From positions 3,596,001 through 3,660,000 of the forward strand of contig OZ024762.1 of the NCBI GenBank assembly GCA_964016885.1: a stretch of DNA of 64,000 bases. The letters are read 5' to 3'. Both the position numbers and the translations under genes were made by a program. The DNA comes from Eledone cirrhosa (lineage: Eukaryota). This document shows positions 14,312-27,653 of the stretch, one piece after another. Numbering within the stretch: position 1 is the first letter of the stretch; every line of letters starts with the position of its first letter. The notes under the pieces are model-generated. The model searched no databases. It was not told the origin of the DNA and saw nothing but the letters and a program-made list of their open reading frames with translations.

Positions 14312-16129
14312 TTCTCCTCTCCCTCAACTACAATTACATCCAGTTTGTCTTTCCTTCCTTTGCTGTAATTTTTTTTTTTTTTTTTAAATTTCTGGACTTT
14401 TCCCTCCTCCCATCTTTCCTGCCGCCTTCTCCGTTTTATACGCTACCTTTTTTTACCTTTAAACATATTACTTCCTTCTATCACTATTTCTCTTTTTCCC
14501 ACTCTTTTCTCCTGTTTTTTGCTCTGAAATTCCTTTCTTTTTTAAACACTTTCCCCCTTAATTTTCTATTATCTTCTTCGCCGTCTTTCTATCTTCTTTT
14601 TCTTTTTTCGCAAATTCTTTCCATCTTCTTTCTTCTTCTTCCTGTCTTCTTCCTTCTTCTTTCCGTCTTCTTTCTTCTTCTTCTTCTTCTTCTTCTTCTT
14701 CTTCTTCTTCTTTCTGTCTTTTTCTTCACTCCCCCCTTCTCTCCACTCTTACCATTCCTCTTTTCCCCACTTCTTTGTCTTCCACTAAACATTTCATCCT
14801 CTCTTTTTCTATTTTTTACATCCTTCAAAAACGTTTCCTTATTCCCCACTATCGAGTAACGTTACTCCAAAGACCCTTCGTAGAAACCTCGGCCTCTTGT
14901 ATTCTCGTTAGCATTCTTTTGGTCATTACTCAAGATTCACGACCATAAGTAAGGGTAGGCACAAATACCGAATTGAAGAAAGCAAATTTTACACCTGCTT
15001 CCCTTCTTCTGATGACCGAATGTTGAAGCTGGCGCCTTACTGCACCAACACCTGCAATTCTTGCACTTGATTCAGCCCCGACATTCTTGAACTTCTCCAC
15101 ATAATTCGGTGGAACTCCTCTCATATGTAAAGGGTACTAAGCGGACTTCCTTGAGAGGATGAGAGCTTCAGTCTTCTGTAGGAGTATGGGATCGATGGAC
15201 AGCTTCTTTTTGCCTTGATGTCCCCTGGAGAACGGACGAGTGGCGTAAACATCACATTGGCCCGTCCCTTTGTCTTTTAGTTCGTATTGCATTGGAAACA
15301 TAATCTTATTCGCGTAATTCAAGTCTATATTTCTGATAAATAAATAAAATAAACCACACGCGTTATAGCACGTCATTCGCACAAACTGAATATTTAATAA
15401 TGGTTTCGACTTTCCCCTCCACAGTTTTGGGGGAAGGGGAAAGTCGAATAAATCGACCCTTGTATGTTACTGGTACTTTATTTTATCGACCCTGTATCGA
15501 TGAAAGACAAAGTTAACCTCAGTGGGATTTGAACTCAGAACGTAAAGGGACGTAACTCTGCCACGAAGCATGGTGTCCGATGCTCTACCGATACTGCCAA
15601 TCCACCGCCCTTAATGAATATTTAATAATATTTTTTCAAGAGGTGTTAAAACGAATTCGTGTGATTCAAGTTCGCGTAAAAAGCGAACAGACTATATTTG
15701 CTATTTTATATATGGCTAAATATCATTTCAGATATATATAAGTGCAATGGCTGCAGAAATTCACACTTGGTAGCTAGATCGAGCGGCTGGTTTTCTCACA
15801 CAAACAAGTGTCACATTTTACCAGCTAATCCAATAGAATCTAAAATACATTAAAGCAGAACTGTTAAGTTAAGCTGTTATCGAATTTTTTGGTGTTAAGA
15901 GTAAGCATTAGCTAACGGTCCCATCTCAATTGTTTAGGGTCTGGTTAATGGAGGAGAGAGCTAGGGGAAAGCTTTCTATCATATCTTATCTAACACTTAT
16001 TCTGTTTATTTTTAGTTTTATTCCCAAAAGGTTTATCAGAGATTTTTTTTTAAATATTGATAGTTGATACTCATTGTTAATTCAAGTAAATTGCATTACA
16101 TACGATACATTAGCGGATCCGGTCTAGCC

Positions 16130-16806
16130 TCACCACCACTACTACTACCACTAATACCACCACTACCACCACCACTACTAGTACTACTACCATCACCACC
16201 ACCACTACCATCATCACTACTACTACTACCACCATCACCACCACTAGTACTACCACCACCATCAGCACAACCACTACCATCACCACCACTAATACTACCA
16301 CAATCACTACCATCACCACCACCACTACTACTACCACCACCACCACCACCACTACCATCACCACCACCACTACCATCACCACCACTACCCCCTACCACCA
16401 CCACCACCACCATCACCACCACTACCACCACCACCACCACTACCACCACCACCACTACCACCACCATCACCACCACTACCATCACCACCACCACCACTAC
16501 CATCACCACCACTACTACCACCACTACCATCACCACCACTACCACCACCACCACTACTACCATCACCACCACTACCACCACCACTACCATCACCACCACC
16601 ACTACCATCACCACCACTACTACCACCACCACCACCACCACTACCACCACTACCATCACCACCACTACCACCACCACCACTATTATCACCACCACTACCA
16701 CCACCACTACCACCACCACTACCATCACCACCCCACCACCACCACTACCATCACCACCACTACCACCACCACCACCACCACCACTACCACCACCACCACC
16801 ACCACA
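16130..16806. repeat. (ACC/ACT/ATC)n trinucleotide array
   Basis: Direct inspection; similar arrays at 32140-32600, 54590-54955, 57680-58470, 61290-61845 and 63060-63325. Confidence 0.95.
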
Positions 16807-16854
16807 AATTGTTAGAAAAACACGCACACACACACACATATATCCATTTATAAA

Positions 16855-16913
<59 letters not shown>

Positions 16914-17639
16914 TAGTGTTTCTACTTTTGGCACAAGGCCAGCGATTACCTCAGTGCATTACTGGTACTTTATTTTATCGGCCCCGTAACGATAAAAGGC
17001 AAAGTTAACCTCGGCGGATTTAAACTAAGAACGCAAAGGGCCATAACTCTATGCTGCAAAGTATGGTGTCTGATGCTCTACCGATTCTGCCAATAACAAA
17101 AAGTTACAAAACAAACGCTCACAGAACATGGAAGAAATATATTAGTTTAACGCTTCAAATATATATATTTATTTATATTAGTTTTATATCGAATAATTAT
17201 AATAATATTCAACTCATTACAAGCAAACAGCCTCATTACGCTGTTTCTTATGACCATTATCATCCGTTCGTTCTAGCAAGTGACATCGAGAAACAGTCAA
17301 CATGTTTCTGGGTTATTGCCCTTTATCAAGACTGTGTATTTCTCTGCCACTCACTAGAACGAACGTATAACGATGGTAATAAAAAACACATAGCGTAATG
17401 AGGCTGTTTGCTTGCAAAGGAATCGAATATTATTATTATTATTATTATTATTATTAAAGGATGAAAGGTTAACTTTGCCTTTCATCCTTACGGGGTCGAT
17501 AAAATAAAGTACCAGTAATGTACTGGGGTAATTGCTGGCCTTGTCCCAAAAGTAGAAACAATTATTATTCGATATAAAACACATAAATAGATTTATGTAA
17601 CCCGCTATGTGAGAGTGAGAAACCAAATTCTAATTGTGT

Positions 17640-17755
<116 letters not shown>

Positions 17756-17777
17756 GAGGGTGGGGGGTAGATAGTTT

Positions 17778-17812
<35 letters not shown>

Positions 17813-18995
17813 GGGGAGAGAGAGAGAATGACTCATACATATTTCAGTACGCTCTATTAGAAAAGATCTTAATGAAATTACAGACGAGAAGATAAACTTT
17901 CAACGCCATTTTGGCAACACTTTTCTTTATCACTCCAGATTTATTCGTTTAAATGTGAGAATATTAAATACTGTAATTTGTCACCATCGATATTGATGTC
18001 AGCTTCTAAATGCTCTTCATAATACTGCAATGGTTTAGTGGTTGAAACGTTCGGCTCACAATCGTAAGGATATGAGTTTGATTCCTGGACCGGGCTGATT
18101 GTTCAGCAAATCCCGCCGAGGTTAACTTTGCCTTTCATCCTTACGGGGTGGATAAAATAAAGTACCAGCCACGCACTGGGGTAGATTTAATCGACTTTCC
18201 CCTCCCACCAAATTGCTGGCCTTGTCCCTATATAAGAAGCTATTATTATTATTATTATTATTATATAATAATATATTCTATTTATTAATTTCAACAATGA
18301 GCTGCAAAATAATCGAACTGAAGTTACTAATAATCTCCATCTACCACGGGACATTTTTGTTCATGTCAATAGGCGTTATGTATATTGACTTTGCCTTTCA
18401 TCCTTACGGGGTCGATAAAATAAAGTACCAGTAATGCACTGGGTATTTGCTGGCCTTGTGCCTAAAGTAGAAACAGTTATGTATATATTCTAAGGGAGAT
18501 AACTCTAATTAATTGTTAGGCTTTAGGGGGGGGGGGGTCACCACGCTGTTAATAAACACACACACACCAGTTGAGTTTCATTTCAGTTTTTTAAAATCAA
18601 GCCTTCCGGCGTTTTGGAGGCTTAAGCCCCTCCAATAATTTGTTCCAATATATTTATGCTTTGGTTTTTGCTACACTGATTTTCTATTGACTCTATATAT
18701 GTTAGTATGATCATGTTTTTAATTTATTTCTTAGTCTCGTATTGGTGATAAAAAAGCATGGGCTAATAATAATAATACACATGTACAGTATATATGTATA
18801 TATATATACTTAAGCACCCACCCCATATCCCAAAACGTGTTCTAAAAATTTATTGAAGTTTTAAAATATTTTCATTATTAAAAATAGAACTAGTGGGTTA
18901 AAGTCTTTACCTTTTCCAGCCTGTGGCATTCGAGAGGTTTCGGGGAGTTGGGCCGTTAGCTGCGAGGTTCTTGTCTTCACTAGCGGTTCGCCTAA

Positions 18996-19312
18996 CCGAG
19001 GTAACTGGTGATACTCGAGTGCTTGGCTGTTCCAGCACATCAGCCTCACCATCGCCCGAGGTAACTGGTGATACTCGAGTGCTTGGCTGTTCCAGCACAT
19101 CAGCCTCACCATAACCCGAGGTAACTGGTGATACTCGAGTGCTTGGCTGTTCCAGCGCATCAGCCTCACCATCGCCCAAGGTAACTGGTGATACTCGAGT
19201 GCTTGGCTGTTCCAGCACATCAGCCTCACCATCGCCCGAGGTAACTGGTGATACTCGTGAAGGTGCTTGGCTGTTCCAGCACATCAGCCTCACCATCGCT
19301 CGAGGTAACGAT
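18996..19312. repeat. 60-bp GC-rich tandem repeat, about 5 copies
   Basis: Unit ccgaggtaactggtgatactcgagtgcttggctgttccagcacatcagcctcaccatcgc. Confidence 0.95.
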
Positions 19313-20169
19313 ACGCGCATGCTGGTTTGCCTCAAAAAATATTAGAGAGGTTTTCAGTGATCCTCGTGATATCGTTATCTTTTACTCTGGTAACGATTTG
19401 TTTGTCCACCCTTTAGCCTGCCTTTTGTTGTATGTGGTCCAAGATGTGTGTATTACCTGCTTGTATGTTTTTTTTCTTTTTTCCCTTCTTTTCTTTCTTT
19501 TTCCTCTTTTTATTTGCAATATTATGATGACAGTTACGTTGACAAATAAAGTTTAACTTTTTATTCTTCACTTAGGCGGAGAAAGGTGTTATAACCTTGG
19601 CAGGCAAATGGTATATCTTCCAACATACTTTGTGTGAATTTTCAAACGAAGACAGATGTAAACATTGAATATATATAAGCAAATAAAAACAGTACTGACT
19701 ACACAAAGTAGAGTTACATTGAATATTCAAGTGTCTTCTGTGGTTATGAAAATGGAAAGGGAAGGGAAAACAAGGGCTCTGGGATCACTGAAGAGTGAGG
19801 AGGGGGCTCTAGACCTAGGGCGCAGCGGTAAATGGAAGCTCTGTTAATAGTTGATTTTTATCGAAGTCCAGAGTCTCCCCAAGAACGCCGTCGCTTTTAC
19901 CCGCCACTAACATTCTATAGAACACCAAGGTGGAATTTCCACCTACCATACAGTAAGACTGGCAGGGGGCTGTGAGCACATGAAGACATTCTAGTTTACA
20001 AGCGCCTCCTCTCTGTTTTTGTTTGACCCAGGACTACATTTCTGTCAAGATGACAAGTTGTGGAAACAAGTGTCTAGCAAACGGCGACCACAACTGTTTA
20101 CCCAGGATTGCAGCTCTGTCAAGGTGACCAGCCGTAGAAACACGTGCCTAGCAAACTGTGAGTACACCC

Positions 20170-20628
20170 AGCGCTGGATTTACCATTGTGCTTAGATGTG
20201 TTTAAGCACAGGGGTGGGAGAGGGGGGGGGCTATCTTCCTGCCCCCAATTTTTAGCAAATGGACGTTAAATGATGATGAGGATGTGCACGAGTGCTTTGT
20301 GACTGCCTCAAACAATTCAATTGGTATCTACCCTATTTCAGCTACAACAGCTGGAGAAATAAGCTGTGACATTACTGGTGCTAAGCTATATTGGCCTTGT
20401 ACAACATTGGTAGCATGGAGATTAAAGCCCACCACATTATGATTCTAAGTCCAACACACTTACCACTAAGCCATTCCCCATCATTATTAAGCCATAGGCC
20501 TTCATACTAAAAGCCATCTATGCTAGTTAAGTTATGAGGCTCCTTACTTGGGCCCTGAAGGAGGTAAAACATTGGAAACGGGGCCCTGTGCTTAAGCATA
20601 CCTATGCACAATGGTAAATCCAGTACTG
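20170..20628. mobile_element. hAT-like MITE
   Basis: About 45-bp TIRs cagcgctggatttaccattgtgc...taagcacaggg and ccctgtgcttaag...gcacaatggtaaatccagtactg. Confidence 0.7.
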
Positions 20629-21483
20629 CATTTGACATACACACAACTAAGCCACATGCCTTCATATTAATAGTTATGTGTGTACACACACAAGTAAGCT
20701 ACAGGCCTTCATATTAAAAGCCATCTGACATGTACACCACACACGACTAATCCACAGGCTTTCATATTAAAAGCTATCTGATGTGTACACACACACACAA
20801 GGCAAACATTTTAAACAGATTCATTGCATCCACATTAACCCTTTCATGACTGTATTTCTAATGAAAGACACTATTTCAATTAAACAAAGAAGAATTTTGA
20901 ATGTCTCAAAATTGCTGGACAGATTTGTAGCTCAGAGTTCAGAGTCGCTCCAGGTTGAAAAATCACAGCTCCAATATTATGGATATGTGGTTTGAATGTC
21001 TTAGGAAAGAATTGCTGGACAGATTTGCTGCTCAGAGATCAGAGTCGCTCCAGGTTGAGCTGCTACTTCTCAAATTTGAGAAATCACAGCTCTGATATTA
21101 TGGACATGTGGTTTGAATGTCTCAGGAAAGAATCAATGGACATATTATGCTGATATACAACTGGCAGGAGACCCAGGGGCAGACCCCAAGTAAGATGGTT
21201 GGATAACATCCATGAGCTTGGTAGGTTTGCTTGGGAATCCAGCCAGATTAATTGGAGACAGTTGCTTCTGACAGGACCCACTGAAGGGAGAGTTTGAGGA
21301 CTCTGCCCCCATGATCCTCTGAAGAATAAGTGGGCGAAAAAGGAGATAAGTAGGTCCCGAGTTAAGTCGGGGGTAACCACAGTCAATAAGGTACTCAGTA
21401 CATGTATAGAGTCAAGGCAGGAGTTTATATAGAAAAGACTTCTTCAGGACTAGTACAGTTTCATTCGTATGAAATCATCATCC

Positions 21484-21518
<35 letters not shown>

Positions 21519-22239
21519 TACCCCGCCCGTCCCTTCAATCTTTCTAATTTCTCATTTTTTCTTCTGATGAAGGACTAGCTTCCAAAACGTTAAGACCCTC
21601 TTCCTGCTATTTCAAGCGTTAACCTAATATATTCCGTCCATATACTGTACTGATTGTGTTGTTATTTCTGTTTACCTTTTACATACATAGATAATAAAAT
21701 GGAATAAGTAAACATTTTTTTAAGAATATAGAAAATACAAAATAGAAATGTTTCGAGGAAGAGAAGGGGGTGGTGGGGAGAAGGGGGTGGTGGGGAGAAG
21801 GGGGAATGGTAAGAGTGAAGAGAAAACTGGAACAGCAGCAGCAACAACAACAACAACAAGAAAAAGAAGAAGAAGAAGAAGATAATAATTTTGAGGGCTA
21901 TATTAAAATTATTAATAATTTCATTACTAAGATAATAACATATGGTTCTTGTATAAAATTATGTTGGAAGATTCTATTTCGAAACAAAGCAGGGTTGGTT
22001 TTAAGAGGAGTGAGAAGGAATAAAATATTTAACGAAGACCAGTCAGGATTTTTAAGAAAATGTTTTATTCATTCAATAATGATAATAATAATAATAATAA
22101 TAATAATTATAATAATAATGATGATGCTGATGATGATGATGATGATTTCAACCACCATCCCAGATAATCACAGATATCCCCTCATCAATTGTGAAAAATA
22201 GATAAAGAAATTTAATAATAATAATAATAATAATAATAA

Positions 22240-24042
22240 TTGTTTCTATTTTTGGCACAAGGCCAACAAGTTTCGGGGGTGGGGGAAGCCGATGGAATTG
22301 ACCCCAGTGTGTGACAGGTACTTTATTTTATCAATCCCGTAAGGATGAGAGGCAAAGTTAACCTGGATGGGATTTGAACTCAGAACGTAAAGGGCCGTAA
22401 CTCTATGTTGCAAAGCATGGTGTCCGACGCTCTACCGATTCTGCCAATCCACCGCCCTTCTTAATACCATAATAATAATAATAATAATAATAATGATTTA
22501 TACTTTAGGCACAGGCCAGCAATTTGAAGGGAAGGGGAAAGTCGATTGAATTCACCCCAGTGCATTACTGGTACTTTATTCCATCGACCTCATAAGCATG
22601 AATAATAATAATAATAATAATTGTTTCTACTTTTGGCACAAGGCCAGCAATTACCCAGTGTATTACTGGTACTTTATTTTATCAACTCCATAAGGATGAA
22701 AGGCAAAGTTAACCTCAGCGGGATTTGAACTCAGAATGGCAAGGGCCGTAACTATGCGTCAAAGCATGGCGTCCGACCCTCTACCAATTCTGCCAATCCA
22801 CCGCCCTCAATAATAATAATAATAATGGTTTCTGATTTAGACACAAAGCCAACAATTTGGAGCGGGGATCTATTAAATCAACCCCAGTGCATGACTGGTA
22901 CTTTATTTATCGGCCCTGTAAGGATGAAAGGCAAAGCTAAGCTTGGCAGGATTTGAACTCATAACATAAAGGGCCGTAACTCTATGCTACAAAGGATGGT
23001 GTCCGACACTCTACTGATTCTGTCAACTGATAAAAGTGGTTTCTACTTTCGACACGAGGCCAGGAATGGTAGGGAGGAAATCATATCAACACCCCTACTT
23101 CACTGGTTCTACATTTTATCAACTCCTTTAGGATGAAAGACAAGATGACCGCCGTAGGATTTGAGCTCAGAACGTAAAAGGCTGAAATTATATGCCACAA
23201 AGCATGTTGTCCAAAGCTCTACCGCCTCTGCCAATCCCCAACCCATAATAATGGTTTCTACTATAGGCTCAAAGCCAACAATTTAGGGGCAGGGGTAAGC
23301 CGATTAAATCAACCCCAATACATTACTGGTACTTTATTTTATCAACCCCGTAAGGATGAAAGGCAAAGTTAACCTCGGCCGGATTTGAACTCAGATCGTA
23401 AAGGGGCGTAACTCTATGCTGCAAGGCATGGTGCCCAATGCTCTACCGATTCTGCCAATCCACGCTCTAATAATAATGGTTGTTACTAGAGGCACAAGGC
23501 CGGTAATTTGAAGGGGATGAGAAAGTTAATTAAATCAACCCCAATACATTACTGGTACTTTATTTTATCGACCCCGTAAGGATGAAAGGCAAAGTCAACC
23601 TCGGCGGGATTTGAACTCAGATCGTAAAGGGACGTAACTATGCTGCAAAGCATGGCGTCCGACCCTCTACCGATACTGCCAATCCACCGCCCTAGCATGG
23701 CGTCCGACCCTCTACCGATACTGCCAATCCACCGCCCTAGCATGGCGTCCGACCCTCTACCGATACTGCCATTTCACCGCCCTTCAAATAATAGAAGTTT
23801 CAAATAATAATAATAATAATAATAATAATTTCTTTATTAGCCACACAGGGACTTAATAATAATAATTTCCATAACATTGACTACATAAGGGACTCCAATT
23901 TGTAGAGGGAAGTGCTACAGTAGACAATCGACAAACAGTGTATATATTTCATGTATAAAAGGCAAAAATCGAATATGGCGTGTATATATATTTTTTATTT
24001 CAATACATTATAAAACAGCGAAAACCTCCCCCGGAAAACATT

Positions 24043-24074
<32 letters not shown>

Positions 24075-24530
24075 TGTAATATCTAATTCGGGCACAAGGC
24101 CAGCAATTTGGGGTTAGAGGGGGGGGGGCGGTTATATTGACCCCAGTACATTACTGGTTTTTTTATTTTATCGACCGCAGTATTTTATTTTATTGACCCC
24201 TTCAGAGAGATAAAAGGCAAAGTTGATCCCGGCGGGATTTGAACTGAGAACGGAAAGAGCTGGAACAAATATGGCTGAGCATTTGACCAACGCTATAATG
24301 ACGGTCGATCTACCAGCCCTTTGTAGTAGTAATAATAATAATAATAATTGTTTCTACTTTTGGCACAAGGCCAGCAATTACCCAGTGTATTACTGGTACT
24401 TTATTTTATCGACCCCGTAAGGATGAAAGGCAAAGTTAACCTCGGCGGGATTTGAACTCAGAATGGCAAGGGCCGTAACTCTATGTGTCAAAGCATGGCG
24501 TCCGACCCTCTACCGATACTGCCAACCCAC
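22240..24530 (-). mobile_element. Cluster of about 8-9 head-to-tail tRNA-derived SINEs with a Nin-like central domain
   Basis: On -: A box tggcagaatcgg, B box gagttcaaatcc, core ttgcctttcatccttacggggtcgataaaataaagtacc, (ATT)n tails. Confidence 0.85.
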
Positions 24531-24836
24531 TGTAATAATAATAATAATAATAGTATCAGCATATCACAGTTATCACACAGAAATATATATGTACGTATGC
24601 ATGTATATATATATATATATATATATATGAAAAGATTCAGGACCCCGACGGCTGAGCTGGGGCCGTTTCAACAGCTAGGTCTGAACTAAGCCAACAGCGT
24701 CTTGAATCTTTTAATAATATTACCCACTCTACTACACCAAGTATTGAGTACTCTGGTAGGTTATGGTCCAACTGGTATTTTACCATACCCTCTTTGTTAT
24801 ATATATATCTATATATATGTATGTAAGTGTGAGTAT

Positions 24837-24879
<43 letters not shown>

Positions 24880-25109
24880 TACGTTATATTCAATTTTTTC
24901 TATATTTCATCTGCCTGTCATCCATCTAGTGGATTGTGTCTGTTGACCACAGGCCTTGGACTCTGTCCTCTCAGGCATTTTTGCCCATCGCTGTCTTTGA
25001 CAGCATTTAGCTGTTTTAATGGCTGTTCTAGAGATGAGATGAGTTATTATTTATATATATTCAAATTCACTCACTTCAGCTCGATCAGAGATAACATTGT
25101 TTTTTAATT

Positions 25110-25156
<47 letters not shown>

Positions 25157-25430
25157 ATGTATATATGTATGTGTATATATATATATATATACATGTGTGA
25201 GTGTGTGTGTGTGTTTATGTATATATGTATGTGTATATATATGTGTGTGTGTGTGTGTTTATGTATATATGTATGTGTATATATCTATATATATATATAT
25301 GTGTGCGCATGTGTATGTATATATGTATGTGTATATATATATATATATACATGTGTGTGTGTGTGTGTATGTATATATGTATGTGTATATATATATATAT
25401 GTGTGTGTGTATATACATATATGTGTGTGC

Positions 25431-25478
<48 letters not shown>

Positions 25479-26044
25479 TCATTTGTTTTGTGTTTCACCA
25501 GTGGATAGAACAAGTCATTCTGTTTAGTTAACCATGATGTAATAGTATGAAAAGCACTCTACGTTATGCAACTCATCCATTGTTGATATTGAATCCCGTG
25601 GTTGGTGTAGGAACAGAGTTAAATATTAATTTGATTAAAATAACAGGAGGCCAGGCTGGTAAAACCCCTTTACAGTTTTATTTCATATATATTTACATAT
25701 ATATTTCAATGGCTTGGTTACATAAGACCCTTAGCAACATCATCAGGTGGGAATTGCATAATTAGTTAATCAATAAAAGGAATTACAACAAATACAAACA
25801 TAAAATATTTGATATGGAGATAGTCCCCGGGAAGTCAGTGTTATTGGTGTGGCAGTCCAGCTATTCCTCTGTTTGTGTTTACCATGATTAACTAATTATG
25901 CAATCGACACCTGATGATGTCTCCAGGCTATTGAAATATGAATAGTGTTTTTTGCAACATTAAAGGGACATCGCACCAGTCTAGTCAACTGTTATTTCAA
26001 TCTAAAATATATACACACATACACAAAAAACACACTCACACATA

Positions 26045-26079
<35 letters not shown>

Positions 26080-26201
26080 TATACAAAACACATACACATA
26101 TATAGATATATAGACAAAAGCACACACACACACATAATGGATATATATATTATAATAATAATAGTATTAAATGGAAAATATATCACTAAAACATTATTTA
26201 A

Positions 26202-26255
26202 TTTGTTATATATATTTCAAGGATACTAATTTATAGTATGTTCTCTTCAGACAAA
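26202..26255 (-). ncRNA. Hammerhead motif with partly degenerate stem II
   Basis: tttgt-CTGAAGA-gaacatact(ataaatt)agtatcctt-GAAA-tatata-TA-acaaa. Confidence 0.5.
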
Positions 26256-26708
26256 ATACAATAATTGATGTATAAAATTGTGACATACCCATAAAATAGA
26301 CCTCATGCGGTCAACTTAAAATGGGCATGCGATATATTTTCCATTTATTATTATTATTATTATAATACTCCAGATAAAATATTTCTGTTGAGTGCTTCAT
26401 ATCTGTTATGAACATAACTCTGTTGAATACTTATCAACAGAGCTTGTTTATATATATATATATAGACAAAAACACACACATAATGAAAATATATATATAT
26501 GATGGCTCAGTCATGAGCAGAATGCCCAGTGATCATCATCATCATCAACGTCCCCCTCCCCATGTTGGCATGGATGGGTTGGACGACACTACCATATCTT
26601 CTCTTTTTCAACTAAAGACAGTAGAACAATGGAAACAGGACACACAAGTTCAGTATTAGAGGCTCTTTTGCACAGATCTCTCTATATATGTATATGGCTA
26701 TCAACATG

Positions 26709-26748
<40 letters not shown>

Positions 26749-26900
26749 TACACGGGTGTGTATGATTGTGTATAGAAGATTATATTAATAAAAGGAATTC
26801 CAATTTTGTCTGATTTACTCGTTTTATTTACGATCCTTTAAAATGTATAATGGTATTAGAATGAAATAGTATGATAGAATATTAAATGTTAAGTGTTAAT

Positions 26901-26939
26901 TGAACAAGTACTTTCATGCTTTCGCAATCTTCAGGTTCA
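26901..26939 (-). ncRNA. Minimal hammerhead motif, mirror copy
   Basis: Exact reverse complement of 27013-27051. Confidence 0.6.
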
Positions 26940-27012
26940 TAATGTGTGGTGACAGTCAAGTTTGCAATTTTCAACTGTTGAAAATTACAAACTTGACTGT
27001 CACCACAGAATA

Positions 27013-27051
27013 TGAACCTGAAGATTGCGAAAGCATGAAAGTACTTGTTCA
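27013..27051 (+). ncRNA. Minimal hammerhead motif, Penelope-like type
   Basis: tgaac-CTGAAGA-ttgc(gaaa)gcat-GAAA-gtac-TT-gttca; palindromic stem III AGTACT. Confidence 0.6.
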
Positions 27052-27163
27052 ATTAACACTTAACATTTAATAATCTACCATACTATTTCATTCTAATACC
27101 ATTATACATTTTAAAGGATCGTAAATAAAACGAGTAAATCAGACAAAGTTGGAATTCCTTTTA

Positions 27164-27206
<43 letters not shown>

Positions 27207-27336
27207 AGAAATAAATACAGTAAATTGTGTGTCTAAAATTACGAGGGTTGAAATACCACATTGGTTTGATAAATTTAACCTGAAGCAAACGTAAGATATA
27301 TAATATATATATACAGACCGTCTCAATAACTATTTC

Positions 27337-27425
27337 ATCTCTCGGACAGATTAGAGATTTAATCTGTTTCGCCCTGAAAATTGTGTTTGTAACAGATAAT
27401 CCGTAGACTTTCATCAGCGAGAGAT
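27337..27425 (-). ncRNA. Type-I hammerhead ribozyme motif with GUC site, left arm of foldback
   Basis: Reverse complement reads atctctcg-CTGATGA...GAAA-cagatta(aatctc)taatctg-TC-cgagagat. Confidence 0.65.
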
Positions 27426-27564
27426 AAGATCAAATGGAACAAACACAGACAACTAAAAGCCACACAAATGAAAATCCAATCACACCACTTCTAACGTCCA
27501 GCGCACGAGGTGAGATTTTCATTTGTGTGGCTTTTAGTTGTCTGTGTTTGTTCTATTTGATCTT

Positions 27565-27653
27565 ATCTCTCGCTGATGAAAGTCTACGGATTATCTGTTA
27601 CAAACACAATTTTCAGGGCGAAACAGATGAAATCTCTAATCTGTCCGAGAGAT
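27565..27653 (+). ncRNA. Type-I hammerhead ribozyme motif with GUC site, right arm of foldback
   Basis: atctctcg-CTGATGA...GAAA-cagat...atctg-TC-cgagagat; stems I and III perfect, stem II weak with a long loop. Confidence 0.65.

Larger units (their letters stand above)
26781..27171. mobile_element. Near-perfect 391-bp palindrome, probably inverted Penelope-like pLTR fragments
   Basis: 195-bp arms centred on 26976 with few mismatches; a hammerhead in each arm; TA-rich flanks. Confidence 0.75.

Noticed and set aside
16064-17008. Pro/Thr-rich mucin- or extensin-like ORF; similar ones at 32089, 54584, 57426 and 61455
   Set aside because: Triplet microsatellites open on both strands; the last four are intronic to NAPRT.
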